Source of the DNA: Candidatus Latescibacterota bacterium
GTDB taxonomy: Bacteria; Latescibacterota; UBA2968; UBA8231
Length of the DNA: 64,000 nt
Assembly: GCA_965217585.1 (NCBI GenBank)
Contig: OZ244561.1
Location: forward strand, 5,120,001 to 5,184,000
Direction: 5' to 3'
Position 1 is the stretch's first letter. Each line of letters opens with the position of its first letter. A program made the position numbers and the translations under genes. Below are positions 1-8,171 of the stretch, one piece after another. The notes under the pieces are model-generated. The model was not told the DNA's origin and made no database searches. It worked only from the letters and a program-made list of their open reading frames with translations.

Positions 1-408
1 AACCGCGATCTGATGCGAGATGCCATTTTGCAGATGCGCCGCGACGGCAAGACGGTGATCTTCTCGACCCACCTCATGGAACAGGCCGAGCAGCTATGCG
101 ACTTTGTCGCGCTGATCAACAAGGGGCAGAAGGTCGTCGATGGCGCGTTAGGCCAAGTGCTCGCCAGCGGAGGGCATGCTGCGGTGCTTGACTACGACGG
201 CGATGGGCGCTTGCTGCGCGATCTGCCGGGCGTTATCCGGGTCAACGACTCGGGCAAGCGGGCCGAGCTTTTTCTGGCTGAGGACGCGGACTCGCAAGCG
301 ATATTGGCCGCGCTCGTCCACAAGGTGCAGATACGGGGCTTTGCCCTGCGCACGGCCTCTTTGCACGAGATATTTATCCGCGCCATAGGGGAGGCCGACG
401 ATGCGTAA
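1..408 (+). CDS. ABC transporter ATP-binding protein (NatA/YhaQ-like), C-terminal part, truncated by window edge
   Basis: GKTVIFSTHLMEQAEQLCD H-loop region and SLHEIFI C-terminal tail; overlaps the downstream permease start. Confidence 0.85.
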   Translation, partial: NRDLMRDAILQMRRDGKTVIFSTHLMEQAEQLCDFVALINKGQKVVDGALGQVLASGGHAAVLDYDGDGRLLRDLPGVIRVNDSGKRAELFLAEDADSQAILAALVHKVQIRGFALRTASLHEIFIRAIGEADDA

Positions 409-1924
409 AATTGCTTTAGTTGCGCAGCGCGAATACATGGAGAACGTCCGCACCAAGGGGTTTTGGATCGGTGTACTGGCCTTCCCGCTCATCCTCGCGT
501 TGAGCGTTGTGGTGCCCGTGCTATTGAGCGGGACCAAACAGGCGCGCACCTATGCCGTGATCGACCATTCGGGTTTTGTGCTACAGGAAGTTGAGGAGGG
601 CATTTTGGCCGAAGATCTAGGCATAGTGCTGCGGGACGCGGCAGCGCGCTATCGCGATGGCGGTTCGGCTTGGGAGCGCCTGCCGACTGCGGTCAGGGCA
701 GCCGCGAAGGGCTATGTGAGCTTGGCGGAAGCAGAGCGACCGGCACTGGTCCAGGACCTCGCTGCGGGCACAGGTGAGGGCGCGACCGGTCTCGTTGAGT
801 GGTGGCAGCAGGTGTCGGCCGAGGAGTTGGAGGCCCTCGACTTGGAACTCTCGCGCAGCCGCTACGTCCGGGTGGATTTACCCAGCGGCGACGATGCGCC
901 AGCCGCGCTCAATCGCATGGTGAACGACGGCGCGCTCTTTGCCTACTTCGTCATCGCCCCAGATCCAGTCGTCAGCGACGAGGGGTGCAAATACATCTCT
1001 TTGAACCTGACCGACCGAGATTTGCGCCATTGGTTTGCAGACCGGGTGTTCCAAGTGGTGCGGGCGCGGCGCATTGCGCAGGCGGGCCTCGACGCGGAAA
1101 CGAGCAACTGGTTGCAGACCCCAGTGCATTTCGCGGAGCGCAAAGTCGATAAGCGCGGCGGAGAGGCTGAGGTTTCCACCGGCGACAAGGTCCAGCAGTG
1201 GGCCGTCATACCGTTCGTGTACCTATTGTGGATGGCGATATTTATCAACGCACAGACGCTTATGACCAATACCGTGGAGGAGAAGTCGTCGCGCCTCATC
1301 GAGGTGCTGCTGTCCGCGCTCTCGCCCTTTGAGCTGATGGCCGGCAAGATCGCCGGTACGGCCGCGGTTGGGCTGACCTTGGTCTTTACTTGGGTCGTGT
1401 GCGTCGTGGTGGGGGTGGTGATCGCGCCGGCCGCGTTGGGGGACGATGCGGCCTCCATCGTCGGCATTGTCAGCACTCCACTTTACTTGTGGTCCTTTAT
1501 CTTTTACTTCTTGGCCGGCTTCCTGCTGTACGCTTGCCTGTTGGTGGGGGCTGGCTCGCTGTGCAACAGCTTAAAAGACGCGCAGAGCCTGATGTTGCCG
1601 CTCCTCATCCCGCTGATCGTGCCGTTGCTTATGATGGTACCCATCACCCAGGATCCCAACGGGACCTTGGCGCGGGTTGTGTCCTACATCCCGCTCTTTA
1701 CCCCTTTTGTCATGATGAATCGGGCCGCTGGCTCACCGCCGCTGTGGGAGTATTTGGCTACCACAGTACTGCTTCTTTTGTCCATCTACTTCGCAGTGCA
1801 GGGGGCGGGCAAGGTCTTCCGCATCGGCATCTTGATGACGGGCAAGCCGCCGCGCTTGGGAGAGGTCATGCGCTGGTTGACGGCCAAAGAAGACATTAGC
1901 CCAGCGGAGCGCGAAGCGGGTTGA
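401..1924 (+). CDS. ABC-2 type transporter permease (NatB/YhaP-like)
   Basis: N-terminal VAQREYMENVRTKGFW, VEEKSSRLIEVLLS and GKIAG motifs, multiple TM helices. Confidence 0.85.
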   Translation: MRKIALVAQREYMENVRTKGFWIGVLAFPLILALSVVVPVLLSGTKQARTYAVIDHSGFVLQEVEEGILAEDLGIVLRDAAARYRDGGSAWERLPTAVRAAAKGYVSLAEAERPALVQDLAAGTGEGATGLVEWWQQVSAEELEALDLELSRSRYVRVDLPSGDDAPAALNRMVNDGALFAYFVIAPDPVVSDEGCKYISLNLTDRDLRHWFADRVFQVVRARRIAQAGLDAETSNWLQTPVHFAERKVDKRGGEAEVSTGDKVQQWAVIPFVYLLWMAIFINAQTLMTNTVEEKSSRLIEVLLSALSPFELMAGKIAGTAAVGLTLVFTWVVCVVVGVVIAPAALGDDAASIVGIVSTPLYLWSFIFYFLAGFLLYACLLVGAGSLCNSLKDAQSLMLPLLIPLIVPLLMMVPITQDPNGTLARVVSYIPLFTPFVMMNRAAGSPPLWEYLATTVLLLLSIYFAVQGAGKVFRIGILMTGKPPRLGEVMRWLTAKEDISPAEREAG

Positions 1925-1925
1925 G

Positions 1926-2768
1926 TCAGTTGAGCGGGATCAGGCGATTGGCAAGAACGCGGATGTTGTGCTCGATGGTGGAGGCGTCCGAGGCGTCGCC
2001 GGCCCAGCGGAGGTACTCGCTAAAGGCCTCAATGGCCTTGAGATACTCGCGGGTGTGGTGGTAGAGGAAGCCGAGGTCGCGGTAGTTTTCGGCTTCGGCC
2101 GGCTGTAGGTACGCGATTTTCTCGGCCCAGCGGATGGCCGTGGGAAACTCGCGGGCTTGGAAGTGGAGGCGTTTGAGGTTGCGGAGCATGCGTGCTAAGA
2201 TGTGCAGCGACGAGGCTGGCTCGATGAACTCGGCGGCCAATTCGAGTCGGCGTCCCTCGATGACCGGCAGCCGCTCGCCCAAGGACTTGCTATCGACAAA
2301 AGCGCCGTCGGCAAAGGGATCCACGAAGAGCGGTTCGTCGCCTTGGGTGCTGCGCACGAGGAAGTGATGCGGAAAATTGACCCCTGCGAGGGGGAAGGAC
2401 AGCCGCTTCCCTAGCTCTAGATAGACGACCGCTAGAGTGATGGGAATACCGAGGCGACGGTCGAGGACCTCGTTGAGATAGCTGTTGCAGGGGTCGTCGT
2501 AGTGGGTTCGGTTGCCGCGGAAGCCGAGGTCGCCGAACACGTATTGGCTCAGGTTGGCCAGCGAGGCTGGCAGGGAATCGGCCGCGGCATAGCGAGCGCG
2601 AAAGCCCTCGCTCAGCGCGTCGAGCTGCCGCAGGTAATGCTCGATATCGAGGTCGGGATACGCTTGCTGGGCGATGAGCAAGGCTCCGCGAGCGAGGTCG
2701 ATCTCGCCGGAGGGGTCGCGCACCTTTTGGACGAGTGCGAAAAAGGGATCGGAAGGCCGTGGACGCAT
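1926..2768 (-). CDS. SirB1 family transglutaminase-like protein with C-terminal TPR
   Basis: GFRGNRTHYDDPCNSYLNEVLDRRLGIPITL, GVNFPHHFL, ILARMLRNLK; start chosen at ATG 2768. Confidence 0.85.
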   Translation of the reverse strand: MRPRPSDPFFALVQKVRDPSGEIDLARGALLIAQQAYPDLDIEHYLRQLDALSEGFRARYAAADSLPASLANLSQYVFGDLGFRGNRTHYDDPCNSYLNEVLDRRLGIPITLAVVYLELGKRLSFPLAGVNFPHHFLVRSTQGDEPLFVDPFADGAFVDSKSLGERLPVIEGRRLELAAEFIEPASSLHILARMLRNLKRLHFQAREFPTAIRWAEKIAYLQPAEAENYRDLGFLYHHTREYLKAIEAFSEYLRWAGDASDASTIEHNIRVLANRLIPLN

Positions 2769-2785
2769 GCCGACTGCGGCCCCGG

Positions 2786-3775
2786 TTAGACGCTGCGGTT
2801 GTGGATCCAACTAAACCGCAGCGGCGCGGTGTGAGTCTGCCGCCGCTCGTTGCGCTCGGCCAGCTTGGCATAGCGCAGCCCGAGCGTGCATAAGTAGTCT
2901 TGGGCGGCGGCCGCTTCGCCGGTGAGGCCGCAGAGCGAGTCCAACTCCCACTGGCGGACTAGGTGCTGGGTGATTTCGGCGTAGTGCTTGGCCGTGTACA
3001 CCCCGAGCCGCTGGGCCACGATCGAGAAGTGTTCAAAGAGGTTGGGGTCCTGCCCGTCGGTCATCAGGTGAGCGGGCATGACGACTTGGCGTTTCATTAG
3101 GTCGCGGAAGGCCAATACCGCGCCGTTGGGATCTAGCTCGAAAATTCTCTTGATAAAGTTCGTGTACGCTCTTTCGTGGCGGGCCTCGTCGCCGGCCACG
3201 ACGCCGCAGATGGTCTTGAGGTGAGAATCGCCGGCCTTTTGCGCCAAGCGGGCCACGTTGCTGTGGGAGATGCGGGTCGCCCGCTCTTGGAAAGACGTAT
3301 AGACGAAGCCCTTGTAGGGATCTTGGGCAGCCTGTGGGTTGAAGCCAGTGCGCAGCAGGTATTGGATCGTCGTCTCGATGGCGCGCATATCGACGCGGCC
3401 CGTGAGGAAGAGGTATTTGTTGAGCAGGTCGCCGTGGCGATTTTCCTCGGCCGTCCAACCGCGCGACCACTGGGCCCACGGGCTGGGATCCGTGCCGGTG
3501 GTGTCCGACACGCCTTCAAAGCTGTTGAGTAAGGTCTGGTAGGTGGGCAGAGCTTCCTCGGTGATCATGTCGCCGACGAGGACGACGAGGACATCGTCGG
3601 GAAGTGCTTGGGCGCGGGTGCGGAATTCGCGGATGGAGTCTTCCCAGTTTTCCGCGCCCATATTGGGGAGAAGATCGTCGGGCTGCCAACTGTCTTCTAC
3701 GGACTTGAGCAACTGGAGCTGGTCCCTGACAAAATCCTCCATGCTCGCAATGACTTCTCTCTTGTGCGGATTCAA
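2786..3775 (-). CDS. Soluble acyl-ACP desaturase (DesA/plant stearoyl-ACP desaturase family)
   Basis: WQPDDLLP, GDMITEEALPTY, WTAEENRHGDLL and DEARHE di-iron EXXH motifs. Confidence 0.92.
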   Translation of the reverse strand: MNPHKREVIASMEDFVRDQLQLLKSVEDSWQPDDLLPNMGAENWEDSIREFRTRAQALPDDVLVVLVGDMITEEALPTYQTLLNSFEGVSDTTGTDPSPWAQWSRGWTAEENRHGDLLNKYLFLTGRVDMRAIETTIQYLLRTGFNPQAAQDPYKGFVYTSFQERATRISHSNVARLAQKAGDSHLKTICGVVAGDEARHERAYTNFIKRIFELDPNGAVLAFRDLMKRQVVMPAHLMTDGQDPNLFEHFSIVAQRLGVYTAKHYAEITQHLVRQWELDSLCGLTGEAAAAQDYLCTLGLRYAKLAERNERRQTHTAPLRFSWIHNRSV

Positions 3776-3930
3776 CTGAGTTTCTCCATCACTGAGTGAT
3801 TGAAAGATACCCTAACCGGATACGCGGGCGGCATGGGTTTATAAATATAAATTATTGAATATAAGACAAAATGGACAAGTTGAGCTATCGATTCAAGCGG
3901 TTTTTCCTCGGGTAAGCCTTTTGATACCAA

Positions 3931-3947
3931 TTATGACTATGTCATAA
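3931..3947. promoter_or_regulatory. Palindromic operator/UAS candidate TTATGAC-TAT-GTCATAA
   Basis: Perfect 7-bp inverted repeat in the AT-rich divergent intergenic region. Confidence 0.45.
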
Positions 3948-4149
3948 AACACTTGTTTTGCATATAAAACAAATGGAACATAGTATAAACTCGCTCTTGT
4001 AGCCCGTCAACGCTCGCCGCGATGTGCGTGCGAGCGGCTGGCGACTCTCGCCAAAAGTGGCGAATGCTGCCATAAACGCGGGTAGTGCCACGCTCCTCTT
4101 AAAATCCTATCCGATTGTTTACAAATGAGTTGTACACGGAGCAAAACGG

Positions 4150-4165
4150 CGGTACGCCCTTTGCT
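4150..4165 (+). promoter_or_regulatory. Putative sigma54 (-24/-12) promoter
   Basis: CGGTACGCCCTTTGCT fits TGGCACG-N4-TTGCW with exact GG-N10-GC spacing, upstream of HTH-pspA. Confidence 0.65.
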
Positions 4166-4209
4166 AATAAACGGGGTGAATCCCTTACCCCAACAAGGAG
4201 GATACCTTG

Positions 4210-4440
4210 GTGAACAAAGGATTTAGCAGGGAGCAGATCGAGCGCGTGGCGCGGATGTACAAATGCAATCAGGACGCCAGCCAGGCGCTGGGGATCACGA
4301 TACGCAGCTTTAGCCGGCTCTGCCGCAAATACGACATTGAATCGCCTTTTGCGCGGCGGCAGCGACAGCGCTGTCGGGCGGCCCAAAGCACTAACCCCGC
4401 TTCACCGCGCCTTGTCCTGCCTAAAGGCAGGGTGAAATAG
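4210..4440 (+). CDS. Small stand-alone Fis-like helix-turn-helix protein
   Basis: Strong RBS AAGGAGGA; NQDASQALGITIRSFSRLCRKYDI resembles a Fis-type HTH. Confidence 0.7.
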   Translation: MNKGFSREQIERVARMYKCNQDASQALGITIRSFSRLCRKYDIESPFARRQRQRCRAAQSTNPASPRLVLPKGRVK

Positions 4441-4470
4441 GCGTGCTTCACCACTCCTTCAGGAGTGAAC
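4399..4470. repeat. Cluster of REP-like hairpins (TTCACC-stem-TTYA loop)
   Basis: Truncated copy 4399-4413, inverted copy 4414-4436, direct copy 4445-4470; related copies at 5137-5161 and 41825-41843. Confidence 0.55.
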
Positions 4471-4485
4471 AATAGGAGCCATATT

Positions 4486-5154
4486 ATGAGAGCAATAGAG
4501 CGGATCGCCGCCATCTGGAAGGCGAACCTCAACGAGGCGCTGGACCGGATTGAAGATCCAGCCAAGATGGTGGATCAGATCGTCCGCGACGCAGAGCGCG
4601 CCGTTGACCAAGCCGTAGCCGCGCTAGTCAAGGCGCGGGCCACCAAGCGGCGTCTAGAGCGCGATCTCCAGCGCAACGCCGAGCAGATACAGATGTGGCA
4701 AGCGAAGGCCGCAACCGCAGTGGAGGCCGGAAACGACGAGGGAGCGCGGCTCGCCTTGATACAGAAGACCGAGCTGGACCAGGCGCACGTGCGGCTGGAA
4801 CCGGCCCTCGCAGAAAGCTGCGACACCGTAGTCCAACTGGAGGAGCAGGTCGAGATCCTGCGCCAAAAGCTGCGCGATATCCGCGCGCGGCGGGGCAAGC
4901 TGATCGCCCGCTGTTGCGCCGAGCGCGAGCGCGGTGTAGCATTCGGCGAAGACGCGCCCGCACTCCGCTTTACCGCGATCGCGCAGCGAGTGCAGCAAAG
5001 CGAGCACGAACTGACGCGTTTTGAGGAACAGGTGGATCAGGCAGTTGCTGAGGCCGAAGTGTTGCGCGAATTAGCTGCCGAGCGCCGAGCCGAGCGCGAC
5101 CGCAAAGTCGCAGAGGAAATGGCCGCGCTGAAAGCGGCTTCACCTCGCCTTTAG
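4486..5154 (+). CDS. pspA: PspA/IM30 family protein
   Basis: KANLNEALDRIEDPAKMVDQIVRD N-terminus, WQAKA...AGNDEGARLAL, coiled coil. Confidence 0.85.
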   Translation: MRAIERIAAIWKANLNEALDRIEDPAKMVDQIVRDAERAVDQAVAALVKARATKRRLERDLQRNAEQIQMWQAKAATAVEAGNDEGARLALIQKTELDQAHVRLEPALAESCDTVVQLEEQVEILRQKLRDIRARRGKLIARCCAERERGVAFGEDAPALRFTAIAQRVQQSEHELTRFEEQVDQAVAEAEVLRELAAERRAERDRKVAEEMAALKAASPRL

Positions 5155-5161
5155 GCGAGAC
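5137..5161 (+). repeat. REP-like hairpin GCTTCACCTCGCCTTTAGGCGAGAC
   Basis: Same motif as 4445-4470; supplies the pspA stop codon. Confidence 0.55.
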
Positions 5162-5187
5162 CAAAAGCATCGTAAAGGAGGCCAGTC

Positions 5188-5556
5188 ATGTTGGCCAGAA
5201 TACTAGGTGTGATATTGCTAATCGGGGGCGTTGCTTGGGCGGTCAAGTTGATCTGGCCTGTGTTCGGCAGTCTCTTTGGTTTGCTCGGCGCAGTTGCGGT
5301 CGGTCTCTTAGCTGCCGGGGCGCTCTACATAGGTCTGCGCTGGCTGCGCGGCGAGAACATCTTAGGCCGGGTCGTCGGAGCCTTGGCCCTACTCGCTGGA
5401 GTCTGGCTGGCATTTTGGGCCGCGTGGAGCTTGGTGGCCGGCGTCTTTGGGGCTGCGCTTTTGCTGCTGAAAGTTGCTTTGATGCTGGCGATGCTCTACG
5501 TGGGCTGGAGGTGGCTGGACAACGGCGAGTTTAGCCTGCGGAGATGGAGGATTTGA
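5188..5556 (+). CDS. Small multi-pass membrane protein (psp operon partner)
   Basis: RBS AAGGAGG; four hydrophobic segments with an internal two-fold repeat (LYIGLRWL / LYVGWRWL). Confidence 0.75.
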   Translation: MLARILGVILLIGGVAWAVKLIWPVFGSLFGLLGAVAVGLLAAGALYIGLRWLRGENILGRVVGALALLAGVWLAFWAAWSLVAGVFGAALLLLKVALMLAMLYVGWRWLDNGEFSLRRWRI

Positions 5557-5590
5557 GGACAAAAAAACGCGCTGCAAGGGGTTAAATTGC

Positions 5591-5644
5591 TTGACAACTG
5601 CACTTATGTTCAGTATATTTCGATTACTGAACACAAGTGCAGTA
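5591..5644 (+). promoter_or_regulatory. sigma70 promoter (TTGACA-17-TATATT) overlapped by two palindromic LexA-like operators
   Basis: TTGACA 5591-5596, TATATT 5614-5619; boxes AACTGCACTTATGTTCAGTA and TACTGAACACAAGTGCAGTA. Confidence 0.7.
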
Positions 5645-5709
5645 AAGCGATTCCCCCACGTCCTCTCTGGCGCATCCCCGAGCGCCAGTACTCCCTTAGG
5701 AGGTTTCCA

Positions 5710-6006
5710 ATGCACAGGCAACGCGTATCCTCCCCCATGTTCCCATCTGTATCCCGTCTGGGCGGCGAGCTCAGCGCGGTTATCAATCGGGTGCGGAGCG
5801 CTTTCGGTCCCATTCCGATGCGCGGCTCGGCCACCCGTCCTCAGGTTCAGCGGGCCGAGAAAGTCGTCGATCAAACCGCCCGTCAGCTCCTGCGCGGCGA
5901 AGCGGATCTGAGCGCGTGGTACCGGGTGCTGCGCCAGTACGAAGATGCTTGGATGCTAGAGCTGGAAAGAGTGCGCGGTGCTCGGGCCGAGCGCTGTGCC
6001 GCTTAG
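5710..6006 (+). CDS. Hypothetical protein (98 aa)
   Basis: RBS AGGAGG before ATG 5710, dedicated promoter upstream. Confidence 0.65.
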   Translation: MHRQRVSSPMFPSVSRLGGELSAVINRVRSAFGPIPMRGSATRPQVQRAEKVVDQTARQLLRGEADLSAWYRVLRQYEDAWMLELERVRGARAERCAA

Positions 6007-6266
6007 CCGAGTTGTATCTCGTCCACCTTGCCGACGATGGCCGCGTCCACAGGCAGTGGAGGGGCGAAGGCATTGCAGGCTTCGCGTGCGACCTCGACGA
6101 TCACCGCGTCTCCCTCGCGCAGGGCCGCCCAAGTCGCGCAGACCTCGGCCTCGCCCATAGGCTCTAGGCGCTCGTCGAGGTCTTGGGTCAAGTGCAATAT
6201 CTGGCCGCGGAACGGTTCAATGCACTGCGAGAGCACTACGGTGCCCACCACCTTGGCTAGTTTCAC
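6003..6266 (-). CDS. EutN/CcmL family microcompartment vertex protein (BMC-P)
   Basis: KLAKVVGTVV...PVDAAIVGKVDEI; GTG start overlaps upstream stop. Confidence 0.85.
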   Translation of the reverse strand: MKLAKVVGTVVLSQCIEPFRGQILHLTQDLDERLEPMGEAEVCATWAALREGDAVIVEVAREACNAFAPPLPVDAAIVGKVDEIQLG

Positions 6267-6523
6267 GCGGTGGCCCCTTCGTCGATAATTCCCACGATCA
6301 CGCTCCTGCATGGCGGCCGCTCGGCCCCAGTCACCGCGGCCCCGGCGGCCCCTGACTGCACGACCAGCACTTTGCTGCCGATCCCCGCTTGGACCCCATC
6401 TACCGCCACTTGCAAAGCGCTGCCCTCCTCGCCTTCGGGGCGCACCACCATGATCTTCTGGCCGACGAGCAAGGGATGTTTGCTGCTGGCGACTACGTGG
6501 CCAATAACGCGACAGACTCTCAT
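6263..6523 (-). CDS. EutN/CcmL family microcompartment vertex protein (BMC-P)
   Basis: MRVCRVIGHVVASSKH...VAVDGVQAGIG...IVGIID. Confidence 0.9.
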   Translation of the reverse strand: MRVCRVIGHVVASSKHPLLVGQKIMVVRPEGEEGSALQVAVDGVQAGIGSKVLVVQSGAAGAAVTGAERPPCRSVIVGIIDEGATA

Positions 6524-6822
6524 ACGACTTGTTTTTCTAGGGCGCGTCCAAACGCCTGTAGCGAATCCACGATGCCGATGATTAGCGCATCTACTGGCAT
6601 CTGATCCATGCCCGGTGCCTGTCGTGCCGAGCTGCCCTGCACGACGACGACGAGCTCACCTTCACCCGCTTGCACAGCGTCGATGCAGACGAGGTGTTTC
6701 TGGGTGTGCTGCAAGCCCTCGGGCGTGGCGGCGAGAATTTCGACTATTAAGAGTTTCTCGCCTGCGAGGGCATCTACCTTGGCGCTGGAGACTACGTGCC
6801 CTTTGACGAGGCCGAGTATCAA
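6520..6822 (-). CDS. EutN/CcmL family microcompartment vertex protein (BMC-P)
   Basis: MILGLVKGHVVSSAK...DAVQAGEGELV...GSSAR...PVDALIIGIVD. Confidence 0.92.
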   Translation of the reverse strand: MILGLVKGHVVSSAKVDALAGEKLLIVEILAATPEGLQHTQKHLVCIDAVQAGEGELVVVVQGSSARQAPGMDQMPVDALIIGIVDSLQAFGRALEKQVV

Positions 6823-8075
6823 GAGCTTTCCTCAAAGAGCTGCAAGCTGGCGGCGTCGATTTCTTGCGCGCCGTACTCGTACAAGCCAGCGACCTTTTCC
6901 AACACTTGGTTCATGAGGACATCCGGGCAGGACGCGCCCGAGGTAATGATCAGCCGCACAGGCAGGGGGCGCGGCAGCCAGCCTTCGCTCTCGGTTGTTT
7001 TTTTAGCGTGGACGTCGAAATGGCGGATGCGCTGGTCCGATAGGATCTCATCGCTGTTGGCAATGAGGAAGCTCGGCATGGATTGGAGGCACAACTCGAC
7101 TAAATGCGAAGTGTTCGAGCTATTGTAGCCGCCGACGACCAGCGCCAAATCGGCGCCGGAGCTCAGCAGCGTGCGCGTGGCGTTCTGGTTTTGGTGGGTG
7201 GCGTAGCACAGGGTGTCGTTGGTGTCGGCGCAGTGGTAGTCGAGATTTTCCTCGCCATAGCGCTGGCGCATGGCGCGACGCAAAATTGCGGCCACTTCCT
7301 GCGTTTCCTCGGCGAGCATGGTCGTCTGGTTGACCACGGCCACCCGCTCTAGGTCCTTTTGTGGGTTGAAGCCTTCTGAGCTTTTGCCGATAAAGGCGCG
7401 CTCGAAGTCGGCCAGCAGCAGCGCGCCCGTGATGTACGCGGCCACCTGCTCGGCTTCGGTGGCGTCGAATACCACTAGGGTCTTGGTGTGTTCCTCGGTG
7501 TGCGAATGAGTCGCTTGGGTCTCGGCGTGGTTGTACTTGCCGTGGATGATGATGGTATAGCCTTGGCGGCCTAACTCTTCGCCGCGCTTCCACACCTTGG
7601 ACACAAAGGGGCAGGTGGTATCGTAGTTTTCCCGGTATTCCTCGGACTCAATGTCGATGCCGCTTTGGCGGAGCGATTCCTCGTTCTGCATGGTGGTGCC
7701 AAAGGCCGGGATGAGCGCAATGTCGTCGCTGCTCAGTTCCTCCTCGGAGACTTGGCGATCCCCCTCGGAGTCGTAGATGAAGCGGACGCCTTGCTTTTTG
7801 AGGTCGTTGTTGACCAAGGGGTTGTGGATAATCTCGCTGACGAGGTACGTGTTGCGATCCGGGTTTTCCCTTAGGGCTGAAAAGGCCATGTGAATGGCCC
7901 GCTCGACCCCGAAGCAAAAGCCAAAGTGCCGGGGAATTAAAACCTGTAGCTGACCGATTTGCAGGAGCGTCGGGCACAGCGAACGCTTGCCGTTTTTCAG
8001 GCGGTAATCCTTGACGCGCTGGATGATGGGGCCGGCGTAGTGATTGGGGACCCGGTCGAATTGCGGATACGCCAT
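6819..8075 (-). CDS. ispH: 4-hydroxy-3-methylbut-2-enyl diphosphate reductase (long type)
   Basis: FGFCFGVERA, EIIHNP, DTTCPFV, DTLCYAT, GGYNSSNT, TSGASCP. Confidence 0.95.
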   Translation of the reverse strand: MAYPQFDRVPNHYAGPIIQRVKDYRLKNGKRSLCPTLLQIGQLQVLIPRHFGFCFGVERAIHMAFSALRENPDRNTYLVSEIIHNPLVNNDLKKQGVRFIYDSEGDRQVSEEELSSDDIALIPAFGTTMQNEESLRQSGIDIESEEYRENYDTTCPFVSKVWKRGEELGRQGYTIIIHGKYNHAETQATHSHTEEHTKTLVVFDATEAEQVAAYITGALLLADFERAFIGKSSEGFNPQKDLERVAVVNQTTMLAEETQEVAAILRRAMRQRYGEENLDYHCADTNDTLCYATHQNQNATRTLLSSGADLALVVGGYNSSNTSHLVELCLQSMPSFLIANSDEILSDQRIRHFDVHAKKTTESEGWLPRPLPVRLIITSGASCPDVLMNQVLEKVAGLYEYGAQEIDAASLQLFEESS

Positions 8076-8171
8076 GCGAAGCTCCTTGTGGAATTTCTAT
8101 AAAAGTACATAGTACAGCATCAGGTTAAGCTGTCAATAGAGCGCCCTGCTCGGGGCCGGGCGATTGGTTAT

